From a virus (taxonomy: Duplodnaviria; Caudoviricetes), in the IMG/VR virus record IMGVR_UViG_3300031760_000005, positions 32,001 to 96,000 of that record: a stretch of DNA of 64,000 nucleotides, one strand, 5' to 3'. Positions 48,840 to 58,362 of this stretch are shown one piece after another; within the stretch, counting starts at the first letter, position 1; each line of letters begins with the position of its first letter. Made by a program: the position numbers and the translations under genes. The notes under the pieces were generated by a model that made no database searches, was not told the origin of the DNA, and saw only the letters and a list, made by a program, of their open reading frames with translations.

Positions 48840-49445
48840 TTATTTTTTATACCATTTAGGTGGATTATTTTCTAACGGTGAATTATTAAACATCTCCCTC
48901 ATATCTATAACATTACTAACATCCCAATCCGATATATCTTTATTAAATTCAGAACTCATAAACATTCCATACATATTAGTTACATTACTTACATCCCATT
49001 CAGATATATTTCCATTAAAATCTGAATTATAAAACATATCCTCCATATTAGTTACATTACTTACATCCCATTTAGATATATCCTGGTTAAATTCAGTATA
49101 TTTAAACATCTCACTCATATCTATAACATTACTTACATCCCATTCAGATATATCACCATTAAAATCTGAATTATAAAACATATCCCCCATATTAGTTACA
49201 TTAGATACATCCCATTTTGATATATCGCCATTAAAATCCGAATCATAAAATAATTCATTCATATCCGTTATTTTACTAACATCTATATCATTTAAATCAG
49301 CTTCATTACCACGTTCTTTTATAAGTTGTTTAATTAATTTTTCTAATTCATTACTAGTTTTTGGATGATAACTATATTTATCACCCAATTTAGTATTAGA
49401 TCCAATTTGCAATTTTTCCGTTATATAATTATTTATTCTTTTCAT
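48840..49445 (-). CDS. DUF285/BspA-like repeat protein, paralogue 3
   Basis: WDVSNV repeats; N-terminus [16 protein letters not shown]. Confidence 0.9.
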   Translation of the reverse strand: MKRINNYITEKLQIGSNTKLGDKYSYHPKTSNELEKLIKQLIKERGNEADLNDIDVSKITDMNELFYDSDFNGDISKWDVSNVTNMGDMFYNSDFNGDISEWDVSNVIDMSEMFKYTEFNQDISKWDVSNVTNMEDMFYNSDFNGNISEWDVSNVTNMYGMFMSSEFNKDISDWDVSNVIDMREMFNNSPLENNPPKWYKK

Positions 49446-49455
49446 ATTATATTTA

Positions 49456-49695
49456 TTATTCGTAATATGAAATCCATTTAAATTGTTTTACTTTATCAAT
49501 ATATTTTAACAGCATTATAATTCGTAAATCTATAAGTTGTAAAAATGTCACAAGTATAGAATTACCTTTAAATAAAATTTTAGGCAATGTTTTATTTAGA
49601 ATTCCATAATGAGCATAATCATATTTATTACCTCCTAGAAATTCATATTGTTTAAAATCATTTGTTCTATAATTTGTTGCTTGTTTAATATCCAT
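49456..49695 (-). CDS. hypothetical protein (start MDIKQAT)
   Basis: ATG 1 nt after the upstream TAA. Confidence 0.6.
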   Translation of the reverse strand: MDIKQATNYRTNDFKQYEFLGGNKYDYAHYGILNKTLPKILFKGNSILVTFLQLIDLRIIMLLKYIDKVKQFKWISYYE

Positions 49696-49696
49696 G

Positions 49697-49954
49697 TTAA
49701 CATATTTGCATAATTTCTCCAATTCCAGAAACATTAACATTTCTTTGGGTAAATTTACTATTATCTATTAAATTAGAGTTTTCGTTATGTATTGCTTTAT
49801 ATTTATCATAACTTTTAAAATAATTATAAATATCTTTTTCATTTGGTGATAATGAATCTACTACATTATTTTTATTACCATTAATGATATCCCCATATGT
49901 TTGGTTTGGATTATTTCTTGTAAAGTAATCATTTATATATTTAAATAAATTCAT
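49697..49954 (-). CDS. hypothetical protein
   Basis: ORF below the candidate late motif. Confidence 0.6.
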   Translation of the reverse strand: MNLFKYINDYFTRNNPNQTYGDIINGNKNNVVDSLSPNEKDIYNYFKSYDKYKAIHNENSNLIDNSKFTQRNVNVSGIGEIMQIC

Positions 49955-49984
49955 AATTATTACTCTATATATTTATTAAAAATA

Positions 49985-50015
49985 AAAAAGACTGACTTTT
50001 AAAAGTCAGTCTTTT
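49985..50015. terminator. intrinsic terminator
   Basis: aaaaagactgacttt/aaagtcagtctttt. Confidence 0.8.
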
Positions 50016-50041
50016 CATAAAAATAATAATTAATTATTTAA

Positions 50042-51094
50042 TTACTGAATAGTAACAATAGCTACTCGACCAGATGCATCACCAGCTACACCCTTACCTT
50101 CAGCGCTTTCTACAACTACACCCTTATTCTCAAGGTAAGATTTAACTGCATCAGCTCTACGTTGTGAAAGGTTTTGATTATATCTTTCTACACCTTCAGG
50201 AGAAGCATAAGCTACAATAGAAACTGTATCTTTAATTTCATCAAGAGTTGCCTTAGCTTCATCTGTCAACTCATCAGAATCAAATGCGAAGAAAATGTAA
50301 GTTGTTTGAGGAGTAGTATTAACTGCAACTGTGTCAGTAACAATAACTTCTTTAATTACTTCAACTTCCTTAGGCTTCTTAGCAAGCTCTTCATTCAAAG
50401 CGGCGATTTCAGCATTCATTGCACCAATATCATATGTCTTGAAATGATGTGTACCATTTGAAGTCTTGAAATGGTATGTATATCCAAGACCAAGATAAAG
50501 TTGTGCAAAATCAGAACTCATAGCGAGTTGTCTAGGAGCAGTTGGAGTAACATTCCAAACTACAGCAGGACGAATACTCAAAGTATGAGCCTTTGCCTTA
50601 CCAAGATTAAAGGCGAAATCAAGACCAGTCTTAAATCCAAGACCATTAATATCATTGTCATCACCTTTAAGATAACGATGAGTCCAACCCATACCCAAAA
50701 CTGTATTTACTTCAAATAGGCGTGGAGCTCCACGATATCCTGCAAATAGATTTGAAAGATTAATCAAACCGTTTACACCTACATAATGACCACGGATAAA
50801 TCCAAAATTCAAATCTTCATTCTGTGGTACATTAAAACCTCCACCATTTGATTCAAATCCCCAAAGAGTACCTTCCAATTCAGCACCCCATACAGGAGTA
50901 AACCACTTACCTACTGCAATACCTGCACTTGGGTTAAGAGGAGTAACGTTATCAAAATTAAGGGGCATGCCAAAACCACCATTAATAGTGATATACGTAT
51001 TGTCAAGCAACTTAGGATTTTCAATCGCAATTTGTGCATTAGCACTAAACATTGTGGCAAATACAAATGCCAACATCAAAATAAATTTTCTCAT
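50042..51094 (-). CDS. OmpA-family outer membrane protein (Bacteroidales type)
   Basis: Signal peptide ANA-Q; beta-barrel; coiled linker; FAFDS, YASPEG...NQNLSQRRA. Confidence 0.92.
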   Translation of the reverse strand: MRKFILMLAFVFATMFSANAQIAIENPKLLDNTYITINGGFGMPLNFDNVTPLNPSAGIAVGKWFTPVWGAELEGTLWGFESNGGGFNVPQNEDLNFGFIRGHYVGVNGLINLSNLFAGYRGAPRLFEVNTVLGMGWTHRYLKGDDNDINGLGFKTGLDFAFNLGKAKAHTLSIRPAVVWNVTPTAPRQLAMSSDFAQLYLGLGYTYHFKTSNGTHHFKTYDIGAMNAEIAALNEELAKKPKEVEVIKEVIVTDTVAVNTTPQTTYIFFAFDSDELTDEAKATLDEIKDTVSIVAYASPEGVERYNQNLSQRRADAVKSYLENKGVVVESAEGKGVAGDASGRVAIVTIQ

Positions 51095-51155
51095 AATTAA
51101 AATTTTAATAAATTAAGTTAAAAAATATTTTTTGATACTTTATCGTACCATTTTT

Positions 51156-51185
51156 AATATAGATATGTTGTTTAAAATTTTTCAA
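51156..51185 (-). promoter_or_regulatory. early-type promoter for the OmpA gene
   Basis: TTGAAA-N18-TATATT. Confidence 0.5.
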
Positions 51186-51462
51186 AATTTGTAGTAAGAT
51201 AAATTCGTATAAAAATACATATGGCACTCGAATTACCATTATAATTAGGATTACTACAATTCCAATGCTGATATGAGTATGAAACAGAGTGTACTTTATA
51301 TCCACTATATAGCTTAACATTATCTCCAAGTAAAGAAATGTCTACAGAATCTCCTGTATGAGGAATAGGATATGATGACAAATCTACATTATCTATAGTA
51401 TCAATAGTCTTACCTTCTGGTGTAGATATATCAATATATGAAACTCTATTATTATTTTTCAT
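51172..51462 (-). CDS. hypothetical protein
   Basis: ORF in operon. Confidence 0.6.
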   Translation of the reverse strand: MKNNNRVSYIDISTPEGKTIDTIDNVDLSSYPIPHTGDSVDISLLGDNVKLYSGYKVHSVSYSYQHWNCSNPNYNGNSSAICIFIRIYLTTNFEKF

Positions 51463-51793
51463 CTTTTTCTAATGTAATTTCTTTAAAATATGCTAAAGGA
51501 TGATTGAATTTATATTTAGTGTCTTTAATTACTCCTTCTGAACAACACATACGATATGTGATATCATTCAAATCATCTGCTAATCTTTCACAATCATCTG
51601 CTAATTCGCATTTTTCTTCACAAACTTTTCTACTAGTTTTAATAAATGATTTGAAATATGGACAATCTAACTGTCCCCCAAAACATTGCTCTGCTGTAAA
51701 ATCACACTTTTCACATTCCATTGAAGGATCTTCTAAATCATCGTCTTTCCAATCATTTAGATAAAACTTTCCATATAATCTATTCTTATCCAT
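51452..51793 (-). CDS. Cys-rich hypothetical protein
   Basis: CEKC...C...CP motifs. Confidence 0.65.
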   Translation of the reverse strand: MDKNRLYGKFYLNDWKDDDLEDPSMECEKCDFTAEQCFGGQLDCPYFKSFIKTSRKVCEEKCELADDCERLADDLNDITYRMCCSEGVIKDTKYKFNHPLAYFKEITLEKDEK

Positions 51794-52148
51794 TTTTTAT
51801 AATAAGATGCGTTATTTTAATATTCTTTACAACAAAATTATGGGGGCAATATTCACCAACAAATAATGTGTTAATATGTGAATTAATCAATTTCAATTTA
51901 CATTCATCTATTAGTCTATTTGGATTTGTACCTTCAAAAATCCAAGCCATATTAACAAATATCTTGAAAAATTCCCTTATACAACTAATAATTGCATTAT
52001 CTACAATTAGCTTATTACTATCGAACAATACATTACGAAGATATCTCAAATTCCACTTTACATCATATTCAAGATAACAATAAAACTTCTTATTATCCTT
52101 TGTTGGAAGATCAAACATAATATTGTGATGCTTATAAAACATAATCAA
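51786..52148 (-). CDS. hypothetical protein
   Basis: ORF in operon; loosely similar in layout to 52145-52510. Confidence 0.6.
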   Translation of the reverse strand: MIMFYKHHNIMFDLPTKDNKKFYCYLEYDVKWNLRYLRNVLFDSNKLIVDNAIISCIREFFKIFVNMAWIFEGTNPNRLIDECKLKLINSHINTLFVGEYCPHNFVVKNIKITHLIIKNG

Positions 52149-52510
52149 TTTTCGTATGAAGGTTTAATATTTGTAATTTCAAATTCGTTAATATTAATTC
52201 CATTTTTTCTCAAATCGAATTTAATATAATTGAATATTGACCTTTCCAATTTTTTTGCTTGAATTTTGTATGTTTTTGCTAGATTTTGCTTCAAACGTCC
52301 ACTTTTTGAAAATACCGCAGCAATATGATAATGTACAATATCATCAACAGAAATATTTCTAACTGAAAAATACTTCCAAAATGGATAACTAACTTTAATC
52401 TTATACGTAATATCATACGTCAAAAGAAAAGAATTAACACAATTAAAAGTGTTTGTGTAAATTTTAGAAATAGTAAACATATAAATATCAGTTTTTGTCA
52501 AATTTTCCAT
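52145..52510 (-). CDS. hypothetical protein
   Basis: ORF in operon. Confidence 0.6.
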   Translation of the reverse strand: MENLTKTDIYMFTISKIYTNTFNCVNSFLLTYDITYKIKVSYPFWKYFSVRNISVDDIVHYHIAAVFSKSGRLKQNLAKTYKIQAKKLERSIFNYIKFDLRKNGININEFEITNIKPSYEN

Positions 52511-52874
52511 TAATAATATGATTAGGAATATGTAATGCCCAATTCAAATATTTTACAAATGCCTCAAAATCATAATCAAAAATTTTAATACATGAATTGT
52601 CATAACGACTTAATTCATCTTTGGTAAGTGTATTGATATGAAAATAAATATTTCCTACGTATGAAGCGCTAATACCAAACATAATATATTCTTCAGATTC
52701 ATCCCAAAAATTAGGAAACTCATCCAATTTGTTTTGATAATTATCATGAATCCATTGACATACTTCTGGGGTATTCCTAATCACTGGGCATTTAGGAAGA
52801 TACTTACCCTTGGTATATTTATTCTTATACAAATTAAAAGGAGGTTTTGTCATAATATTTATTTTACATTTCAA
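52488..52874 (-). CDS. hypothetical protein
   Basis: ORF in operon. Confidence 0.65.
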   Translation of the reverse strand: MKCKINIMTKPPFNLYKNKYTKGKYLPKCPVIRNTPEVCQWIHDNYQNKLDEFPNFWDESEEYIMFGISASYVGNIYFHINTLTKDELSRYDNSCIKIFDYDFEAFVKYLNWALHIPNHIINGKFDKN

Positions 52875-52913
52875 ATATAAGATAGAAATAATATTTAAAA
52901 AATTTAATATTGT

Positions 52914-53213
52914 TTATTTATTTTTATATTTATATTGTTCATCCTTTTCAATAGGACCTCTCCATCTTGTTGATTTAGAAAAATCTACATAACTTGGACT
53001 ACCATCAGATCTAAAATTATAAATATTGGAAACATCTTTAATATCATTTACTTTAAACTCATCTTCTTTAGATATTAAAGTTTCTTTTTCATTAATATGT
53101 TCATGACGGCGGAATTTACGATTGGCCAAACGCTTATCCTTTTTATTAGAATTTCCACACCATTTAATTTTTACACCATTTTTATTATGGCGATTTCTTA
53201 TAGATCTGCTCAT
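52914..53213 (-). CDS. small basic hypothetical protein
   Basis: MSRS...KKDKRLANRKFRR. Confidence 0.7.
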   Translation of the reverse strand: MSRSIRNRHNKNGVKIKWCGNSNKKDKRLANRKFRRHEHINEKETLISKEDEFKVNDIKDVSNIYNFRSDGSPSYVDFSKSTRWRGPIEKDEQYKYKNK

Positions 53214-53461
53214 TTTGTTAATCGTTTTATTTCATAATAGAAATTTCCATATCTACCAAGCTTATCCCAAGCGGCAAGGTATTCAATATACTCACAAAGC
53301 TTTCCAATAATAATTGATGGAATTTCTACAATATATTCATTCTGATTATGATTATTCAATTCATTAATAAGCTGCTTAGAATATGAAAACTTCATATCAT
53401 CCTTTTCAATCAACCAAGCAACTATATTTCTCAGAACTTTTACAGGAACTTTTATGTTCAT
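53210..53461 (-). CDS. hypothetical protein
   Basis: ATGA overlap. Confidence 0.65.
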   Translation of the reverse strand: MNIKVPVKVLRNIVAWLIEKDDMKFSYSKQLINELNNHNQNEYIVEIPSIIIGKLCEYIEYLAAWDKLGRYGNFYYEIKRLTK

Positions 53462-53472
53462 AATATTTCAAC

Positions 53473-53766
53473 TTAAATAACTTCAAAAAGGTTATTTACC
53501 AGATTCTTAACATTACGATGATTGTTGAGAATATCATAATTCTCCAAAATATTTTTAATGCACTTGGCTGTATACTTACGATTACCATCCAAAGAATAAC
53601 CTGTGATATATTCGGAAAGAGGATTCATTTCAATTCCCATTTCCTCCCAAGAATAAAACAAATCCTTAGTGGCTTTCTTAATTTTCTTGAGAATCTTACC
53701 AAAATCATCATTGGCACGTTCTTCCCAAAGCTTCATTTCTTCATCAAGTGTCATTTTGTTATTCAT
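53473..53766 (-). CDS. hypothetical early protein
   Basis: First ORF below a promoter. Confidence 0.7.
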   Translation of the reverse strand: MNNKMTLDEEMKLWEERANDDFGKILKKIKKATKDLFYSWEEMGIEMNPLSEYITGYSLDGNRKYTAKCIKNILENYDILNNHRNVKNLVNNLFEVI

Positions 53767-53789
53767 ATTTTTTTATTTTTATATATATG

Positions 53790-53818
53790 AATATAGTATA
53801 ATACATATAAAAATTCAA
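53790..53818 (-). promoter_or_regulatory. early-type promoter
   Basis: TTGAAT-N17-TATATT. Confidence 0.65.
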
Positions 53819-53835
53819 ATAATATTAAAAAATTT

Positions 53836-55461
53836 ATGAAAAATATATCTCAATGTATATTTGAAGCTTCTGGTAAGCCTTCAGATCTTAAGAAATATAA
53901 AAGAACAGAACGTAAAGAGACTGTTCATTTTAGGGGCAGTGATATGTATGACTTAAAAGATCCAGGATATGATGATGAGTTTTCATATTTTGACGGTTCA
54001 GGTAATGGTTATATAAAAGATAAACAAGGTCACGTATATGATGTTGTTGCAACTGATAGAGCAGGAGATGCTGGTTACATTGCTGGCGGTGCGCATGACT
54101 ATTATGTAACTATTAAGAAAGCTAATGGTACAGATGATTTCCATGTTCATGGTTGGATTGCTATTATGTCAAAGGGTAGTAATACAGGATGTATAGAAGA
54201 TATTAAAGCAGGTCACTATCTTGAAGATTATATTGCTAAATATTGGAATGACTGGGATGATAAAGATGGTAAGTTCAAAGAATTAGCAGAAAAAGGAGAC
54301 AAGAATGCTAAAGCTTATGATGATCAAAAAGCAGAAAAAATCCAAAATAAAAAAGTAGAATTTGATACAAGATACATCACTATTCCGGAAAGAATTTCAT
54401 GGGAAATTATTGATGGTAATTTTAACATTAATAATCTAAATCTTACAAGTGGTTCCATAAAAGAACTTGAAAATAAACGTTCTGAATGGCTCAGTAAAAA
54501 TCGTTTAAAATCTTGGGAAGCGGAAGATAATCCAGAATTTGCAAAAATGAAAGAAGAAATTTCTGCAAAGTCTAAAGAACTAAAAGAAACTATTATGGAT
54601 GTACTAAAACCAGTACTTATTGATAGATTACAGAAAGTATTTAAAACTAAAGATTTGAAATCACTTTCAGGTTTAACAGGTTCATTTGTATATGAACATA
54701 AACTTGCTAAAGGAAAAACTTTTGGTTATATAAGACTTGCTATAGATACAAAGAAAAAAGAATTTGTTTTTAAAGATGAAGTTAACTACAAAATAGTTGA
54801 TAGTGATATTGAATTACAGCTTAATGATAATATAGCTGTCTTTAGAGATAGAGCTTCTGATAAAATGCTTGAGTTATTCAAGAAAGTTTCTGATGCATGG
54901 AAAAAGGCTAATGGAAGAAAACAAAGTGAATATGTAAAAGACCATTGGGAGAAGATTTATCATGATTCGGCTGGTGGTTATATTTATGGTAACCATTCAA
55001 AGACAAAAGGACAAGCTAAAGAAGAAGCTAAACAAGATTTTGAAAAAATAGTTAAGGATCATGATTTTAGTAATATTTCAAAAAATAGATTTGATTATTC
55101 ATTAGCATTAGTACAAGTTTATGTTGAAGGCGATATGGAACCTGATGCAGAACCAGTAGAAAAACCACTTGAAAATCCAGAACCAAAAGAAAAGAAGGAA
55201 CGTGGTAAAGATACAAAAATGAGTAAAGGTGCCAATGCTGCAGCTTATGATAAGATGAAAGCATGGCATGAAGGTACTCGTAAGCAAAATCTTTCAAATT
55301 GTTCTGACGCTAAACTTAAAATGAATTATAAAGTTTGTAAAGAACTTGGTTATGAAGCCGAAATGAAGCAAATTGAGGCAGAAGCTAAAAAACGTGATAT
55401 CGTTCTTGAAAGCATTTCATTGAATGATATTGTTTTAGCTGATAATGAAATTGATTTATAA
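53836..55461 (+). CDS. large charged putative internal head protein
   Basis: N-terminus MKNISQCIFE-A; K/E-rich; VLES near the C-terminus. Confidence 0.65.
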   Translation: MKNISQCIFEASGKPSDLKKYKRTERKETVHFRGSDMYDLKDPGYDDEFSYFDGSGNGYIKDKQGHVYDVVATDRAGDAGYIAGGAHDYYVTIKKANGTDDFHVHGWIAIMSKGSNTGCIEDIKAGHYLEDYIAKYWNDWDDKDGKFKELAEKGDKNAKAYDDQKAEKIQNKKVEFDTRYITIPERISWEIIDGNFNINNLNLTSGSIKELENKRSEWLSKNRLKSWEAEDNPEFAKMKEEISAKSKELKETIMDVLKPVLIDRLQKVFKTKDLKSLSGLTGSFVYEHKLAKGKTFGYIRLAIDTKKKEFVFKDEVNYKIVDSDIELQLNDNIAVFRDRASDKMLELFKKVSDAWKKANGRKQSEYVKDHWEKIYHDSAGGYIYGNHSKTKGQAKEEAKQDFEKIVKDHDFSNISKNRFDYSLALVQVYVEGDMEPDAEPVEKPLENPEPKEKKERGKDTKMSKGANAAAYDKMKAWHEGTRKQNLSNCSDAKLKMNYKVCKELGYEAEMKQIEAEAKKRDIVLESISLNDIVLADNEIDL

Positions 55462-55486
55462 AAATATATTGTAAAATAATAAAAAT

Positions 55487-55870
55487 ATGAAAAATTTAAA
55501 AGATTTTTTAATAACTGAATCACAAAAGTGGTCAGCACAAGAGGTTTATGATTTTGTTGATGACATCATAAATGGAGATCATGGTGATATAGATGGTGCA
55601 GATGAATATTATGATGAAAAATCAGATGAACTAGATGAGTGGTTAAAAAATAATAAATCAAAAAAATTCATTTGTAAAACATCATCTCCTGATTATTGGG
55701 GATTTAGTTCATCAGAATGCGAAGAAGTTGATGACGATTATATTGATGAGATAGATGGACCTGAAGATAACTGTGGTTTATATATTGGTGATTCTGATAT
55801 TATGGGTCATGTTGTTCCTAATGGATATATGAACATGGATTATTTCGATTTTGCTTTTGAAGAAGAATAA
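55487..55870 (+). CDS. extremely acidic putative internal head protein
   Basis: N-terminus MKNLKDFLITE-S; D/E-rich. Confidence 0.7.
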   Translation: MKNLKDFLITESQKWSAQEVYDFVDDIINGDHGDIDGADEYYDEKSDELDEWLKNNKSKKFICKTSSPDYWGFSSSECEEVDDDYIDEIDGPEDNCGLYIGDSDIMGHVVPNGYMNMDYFDFAFEEE

Positions 55871-55890
55871 TTATAATATAACTTAATAAC

Positions 55891-55919
55891 AAAGGGGAAG
55901 CTTTAAAACTTCCCCTTTT
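55891..55919. terminator. bidirectional terminator
   Basis: aaaggggaag/cttccccttt between convergent genes. Confidence 0.8.
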
Positions 55920-55980
55920 ATTTTATGTATTAATATTTCTCTAAAATTCATTTTATTCATAAAAATAATTTTGACATAAT

Positions 55981-56754
55981 TCAATGTTTAACATCTTGAC
56001 TGCCAAAACCGTTATCTCCACGATTTGATTCTGCCATTATTTTATTATATTCATTTTCATCTGTTTCATTATATGATGTATGGAATACAGGAATTAACAT
56101 CATTTGAGTTAATTTATCTCCACAATAAATAATATTTTGTGTAGAATGTTCAAGTGTTTCTTTTGTGAATGCTTGAGATAAATGTACAAATCCTGAATAA
56201 TCTTCATCTACTAAACATGCGCGAACATCCCATCCTTTATTACCCATACCTGATTTATTAACGTAAAGACCAGCAACGCCTATATTAAGAGCTCTAAAAA
56301 TATCAACTTCTTCATTTCCGTGTTCTTGTAAAACAGTATCTAATGCAATTTTAATACCTGAATTAATGAATAAAGTATCATTAACACGAACTTTTACGCC
56401 TACTTTATCATTATTTTTATCGTAAACTAAAAATTCATCTACAAATAAATAAACTCCTTGTATTTGTGAATATTGTTTTCTTTCTTCCAAAAATATATCA
56501 TAAAGAGCTAAAAACAAATGAATCATATTTGGTATTTGATATGTTGGAATTTCTGGATGTAATTCATTTATTACAATATTAAATTGTTCATTTAATGTTT
56601 TAATATCTTCAGATGTTTGTTTATAAGATTTTTCAAATGCTTTAAATGCCTTTTCAATTTTTTCTGGTGTATCTAAATTTGGAATATAATAATCTGATCC
56701 TGCTGATGTAAATGAATTTGATGGTTTTATACCGAATGAATTATATATTTTCAT
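55981..56754 (-). CDS. dut: trimeric dUTPase with large insertion
   Basis: SAGSD, NKSG, VDEDYSG, GDKLTQ, RGDNGFGS. Confidence 0.88.
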   Translation of the reverse strand: MKIYNSFGIKPSNSFTSAGSDYYIPNLDTPEKIEKAFKAFEKSYKQTSEDIKTLNEQFNIVINELHPEIPTYQIPNMIHLFLALYDIFLEERKQYSQIQGVYLFVDEFLVYDKNNDKVGVKVRVNDTLFINSGIKIALDTVLQEHGNEEVDIFRALNIGVAGLYVNKSGMGNKGWDVRACLVDEDYSGFVHLSQAFTKETLEHSTQNIIYCGDKLTQMMLIPVFHTSYNETDENEYNKIMAESNRGDNGFGSQDVKH

Positions 56755-56779
56755 ATTTTAATTAAGATATATTTATATT

Positions 56780-56823
56780 AATATAGAAAAAAAAGAATCA
56801 GGAATTCAATTTCCTGATTCTTT
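56780..56823 (-). promoter_or_regulatory. promoter overlapping a hairpin
   Basis: TTGAAT-N18-TATATT; agaatcaggaa/ttcctgattct. Confidence 0.55.
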
Positions 56824-57759
56824 ATCATTTTCTAAATTATATGTTATTTTCTCCCAATCATTCGGATAAACATATTTTAGCATTTTTGTATTAAGAGCTG
56901 ACAATTCATTAAAACCAGGATCATCACTAGTTTTTCCTGACAATACTGCTTCAAAATCAATCATTGCTCTACTATACAATGAATTAACAATTATTGGATA
57001 ATTTTTGAAATTTTCACATAATTCAGCTAATGCTGTACATGTACCTAAACGTGTTTCAATATTATTTGAACGAATAATAGAATTTGCATTAGCTCTCCAA
57101 TTGACTTCTATTGATGGTTGTACAATAATTTTTGCAGCATTTTGAATCCAAAATGGGATTGTTCTAATATCTTCATATGTACGAGTTGTATCATAAGGAT
57201 ATGAATGAACTATATATGAAGTATATATTTTATTCCATACATTAAATCTAAGCAAACCATCTTTAAATAATGCAATTAACGCAACAGTAGCATTATCTAT
57301 TAATATTTGTCTTGGGGCTCCAGCTTTAATTTGTTTACCTGATGTTGCGTCATTAATATAAATACCATATTCAACAATATCTGCTTCATATGTTTTAATA
57401 TCATTATATGCTCTATTTATAAAATCTGTATTAACATAATAATCATCTGCATCTAAGAACATAAAATAATCTCCAGTAGCTTGGTCAATACCATATTTTC
57501 TAGCTCCGCCGCATCCTAAATTTTCATTAGGTTGAAATAATTTAACTTCAATACCATTTTTAAATGTATTAGGTGAATTAACAAATTCATTAACTATTTG
57601 CGCAGAATTATCTGTTGACATATCATCTACAATAATATATTCAACATCAATATCTTCTGAAATTATTTGTTGACTTATACTATTTAATGCTGTAGTAATA
57701 AACTTTTCACAATTATAATATGTTGTGATTATACTTACTTTATCTCGTTTTTCTGACAT
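56806..57759 (-). CDS. glycosyltransferase family 2
   Basis: VSII..YN, IVDDMSTD, N.GCGGAR, FLDADD, VWNKIY, YED. Confidence 0.92.
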   Translation of the reverse strand: MSEKRDKVSIITTYYNCEKFITTALNSISQQIISEDIDVEYIIVDDMSTDNSAQIVNEFVNSPNTFKNGIEVKLFQPNENLGCGGARKYGIDQATGDYFMFLDADDYYVNTDFINRAYNDIKTYEADIVEYGIYINDATSGKQIKAGAPRQILIDNATVALIALFKDGLLRFNVWNKIYTSYIVHSYPYDTTRTYEDIRTIPFWIQNAAKIIVQPSIEVNWRANANSIIRSNNIETRLGTCTALAELCENFKNYPIIVNSLYSRAMIDFEAVLSGKTSDDPGFNELSALNTKMLKYVYPNDWEKITYNLENDKESGN

Positions 57760-57760
57760 A

Positions 57761-58360
57761 TTATTTAACTAATATAATTATACTCTTTTCCGAAAATCTT
57801 TCAATAACATAATAACTATATTTTGCTTTAGCTGTAGCTGGTATTGCTGTTCCAAATAGATTTTCATCTTTACCATTATAAGGCATACACATTTTACCTG
57901 GTGTGCATTTACCATTATCTATAACAATAGCTTTTCCACACAATGTAACTCTATTCCATTCAGGTCTACCTAAACGTTGTACATATTCTTTTGATGGATC
58001 ATATTTTTCATTTAGTAATGGTACATATTTATATGATTTAGCAGTCATAATAAATGGTCGTTCATTAACTTCATCGTATTGTTTAATACCAACTGCTAAA
58101 TTTTCATGTTTCATGTATGTATCACCAAATTCATTACATAAAAATTTGTTTGGCCATTCAGTATAATAATCTGATATTTCAACTGAATTAACTGTAGTTA
58201 CTCCTATAATATTATTTGAATTTGGTTTAAATAAACATATTTTTCCAGGATTATCATTATCAAACCCAACAAATCGACCAAGCTTATTTTCTTCAGGATT
58301 AGCAAACTCATAAAGTTCAGCGTATCCCATTTTTTTAAGTAAATTTCCTTGTTGTTGCAT
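57761..58360 (-). CDS. stand-alone Peptidase_G2-like (tailspike intramolecular chaperone) domain
   Basis: YAELYE, IIGV, W..KFL.NEFG, LN..YDPSKEY..R..RPEW..V.L.GK. Confidence 0.75.
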   Translation of the reverse strand: MQQQGNLLKKMGYAELYEFANPEENKLGRFVGFDNDNPGKICLFKPNSNNIIGVTTVNSVEISDYYTEWPNKFLCNEFGDTYMKHENLAVGIKQYDEVNERPFIMTAKSYKYVPLLNEKYDPSKEYVQRLGRPEWNRVTLCGKAIVIDNGKCTPGKMCMPYNGKDENLFGTAIPATAKAKYSYYVIERFSEKSIIILVK

Positions 58361-58362
58361 AT

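Noticed and set aside
53-49445. Diversity-generating retroelement acting on the DUF285 genes
   Set aside because: No reverse transcriptase and no non-coding template repeat with adenine-specific mismatches seen in this window.
49456-49954. Programmed frameshift joining two overlapping ORFs
   Set aside because: The second ORF has its own ATG 1 nt after the first stop; ordinary translational coupling explains it.
56400-56680. Intein in the dUTPase
   Set aside because: No C/S start with an HN-C/S/T end and no LAGLIDADG motifs.
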